Position numbers and translations under genes: made by a program. From Octopus sinensis (taxonomy: Eukaryota): DNA of 64,000 bases. The notes below the pieces were generated by a model. That model had not been told where the DNA came from. It saw nothing but the letters and a program-made list of their open reading frames with translations, and did no database searches. The stretch lies in NCBI RefSeq assembly GCF_006345805.1, contig NC_042998.1, positions 24,924,001 to 24,988,000 on the forward strand. The letters run 5' to 3'. Each line of letters begins with the position of its first letter. The stretch's first letter is position 1. Of the stretch, positions 62,559 through 64,000 are shown one piece after another.

Positions 62559-62804
62559 AGACATTTATATATGTAAATAAATAAATGGAGTTTAACGCAG
62601 GTGTAATTCAAATACTTTTACTTCCGACACATATTTCGAAGATACCCCTGATATTATTAATCACGTAAACCCGAAGTTTCTACCTTCAGAAACAAGGAGT
62701 TACAACCTCTTTACTTTTGTGATTTTCTTGCTACCCTGGTAATTATTTATCTATTTTTTCCGTGTTAATTGTTAACAAGGGAAAAATACATACATCTATT
62801 TATA

Positions 62805-62805
62805 A

Positions 62806-62886
<81 letters not shown>

Positions 62887-62936
62887 CATATATATATACA
62901 TATTTATATATATTATTTATATATATATTATATATA

Positions 62937-62979
<43 letters not shown>

Positions 62980-63054
62980 ATATATATATATATAATATAT
63001 ACATATATATATATACATATATATACATATTTATATATATATTATTATTATATA

Positions 63055-63095
<41 letters not shown>

Positions 63096-63178
63096 TATAT
63101 ATATTATATATAATATATATATTATATATATATATATTATATATATATATATATTATATATATATATATATATATTTG
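62805..63178. repeat. Long interrupted (TA)n microsatellite
   Basis: Direct reading. Confidence 0.97.
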
Positions 63179-64000
63179 AGTAGTTGAATGAATTATTTTA
63201 TTAAGGATAATTCGAAAGATAACCGTTCAACTCCATTCTTTCATATACTTATAATTTTAATATATATATATATATATGGAGAGAGAGAGAGAGAGAGGAA
63301 TGGATGTATACATATATGAATACATATGACAGAAATTAAGGCGATAAGCATCATCTTCTAACAGAAAATCGTGAAAAATGTAAAGAAGAGCAAGCAATAA
63401 ATATGTAAAACCCAACAAAGCACCAAAACGTATGAACTAATCTAAAATTATTATATTTATCTTTTAACACTCAGAATCACTGATAATTACTATAAACAGT
63501 ACTGATAATACTTTAAAATCTATAAATAACGATTCCAGACACAGAGCTTTTAGTTTTAACATAGAAGAAAAGATTTGAAATTCTAGCACGAAAAATAATC
63601 TTATATTAGTATGAAGAACTGTAAGATCTTTTATTTGACTAACCTTGCAACGAATCTCAGAGATCTCACTGAAACAAAACCTGGAAGAATTAGTGAAAAC
63701 AACCGAGATAAAATAATCATCAATACCATTAAAAAAATTGTTAGATTACACTCAGGAACAATAACGTATCAGTAATAAATTGGTTTAAAAACATCCATGT
63801 AAAAGAAAATACATAAAACAAAACCATACCATTATGTTGATATAATAGACTACTATCTTCTGTAATTAAACTGCTACTGTTAAAACATTATTCTGCATCA
63901 CAGCTGACGGCATATATATGATAATGCACAGAGGGAAATCAATTCCTTTCTTCGATAATAACATATAGATAAATATCATAATATTTTAATGTAAGCGTAA

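Noticed and set aside
62621-62695. Minus-strand CUGAAGG...CGAAA...GUC as a hammerhead
   Set aside because: A9 is missing and stems I and II do not pair convincingly; at best a decayed PLE end.

Overview
AT-rich eukaryotic DNA, almost entirely repeats. The repeat repertoire (RTE LINEs, tRNA-headed SINEs with TA/TG microsatellite cores, mariner fossils, very long (TA)n runs) suggests an octopus/coleoid cephalopod intron or intergenic region; this is inference, not a database match. No intact host gene is supported, and most of the ORF track is microsatellite read-through. Recognisable coding remnants all come from mobile elements: a 5'-truncated RTE LINE (40468-42796) with a PHD-like finger after the RT domain, a CR1-type 3' end, two copies of a second RTE lineage, an APE fragment, a triple-C2H2 LINE tail and several mariner derivatives. 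The least expected signal is seven short type-I hammerhead-ribozyme-like motifs of Penelope-like architecture in four core variants: canonical CUGAUGA, the U3-A8 compensatory core, a C4 core and a U6 core, with stem-I covariation between variants. The window also has several near-perfect foldback palindromes next to (TA)n runs and piggyBac-type MITEs in tandem arrays, one nested in a Tc1-type MITE. Coordinates of degenerate repeat copies are approximate (about +/-10-20 nt).
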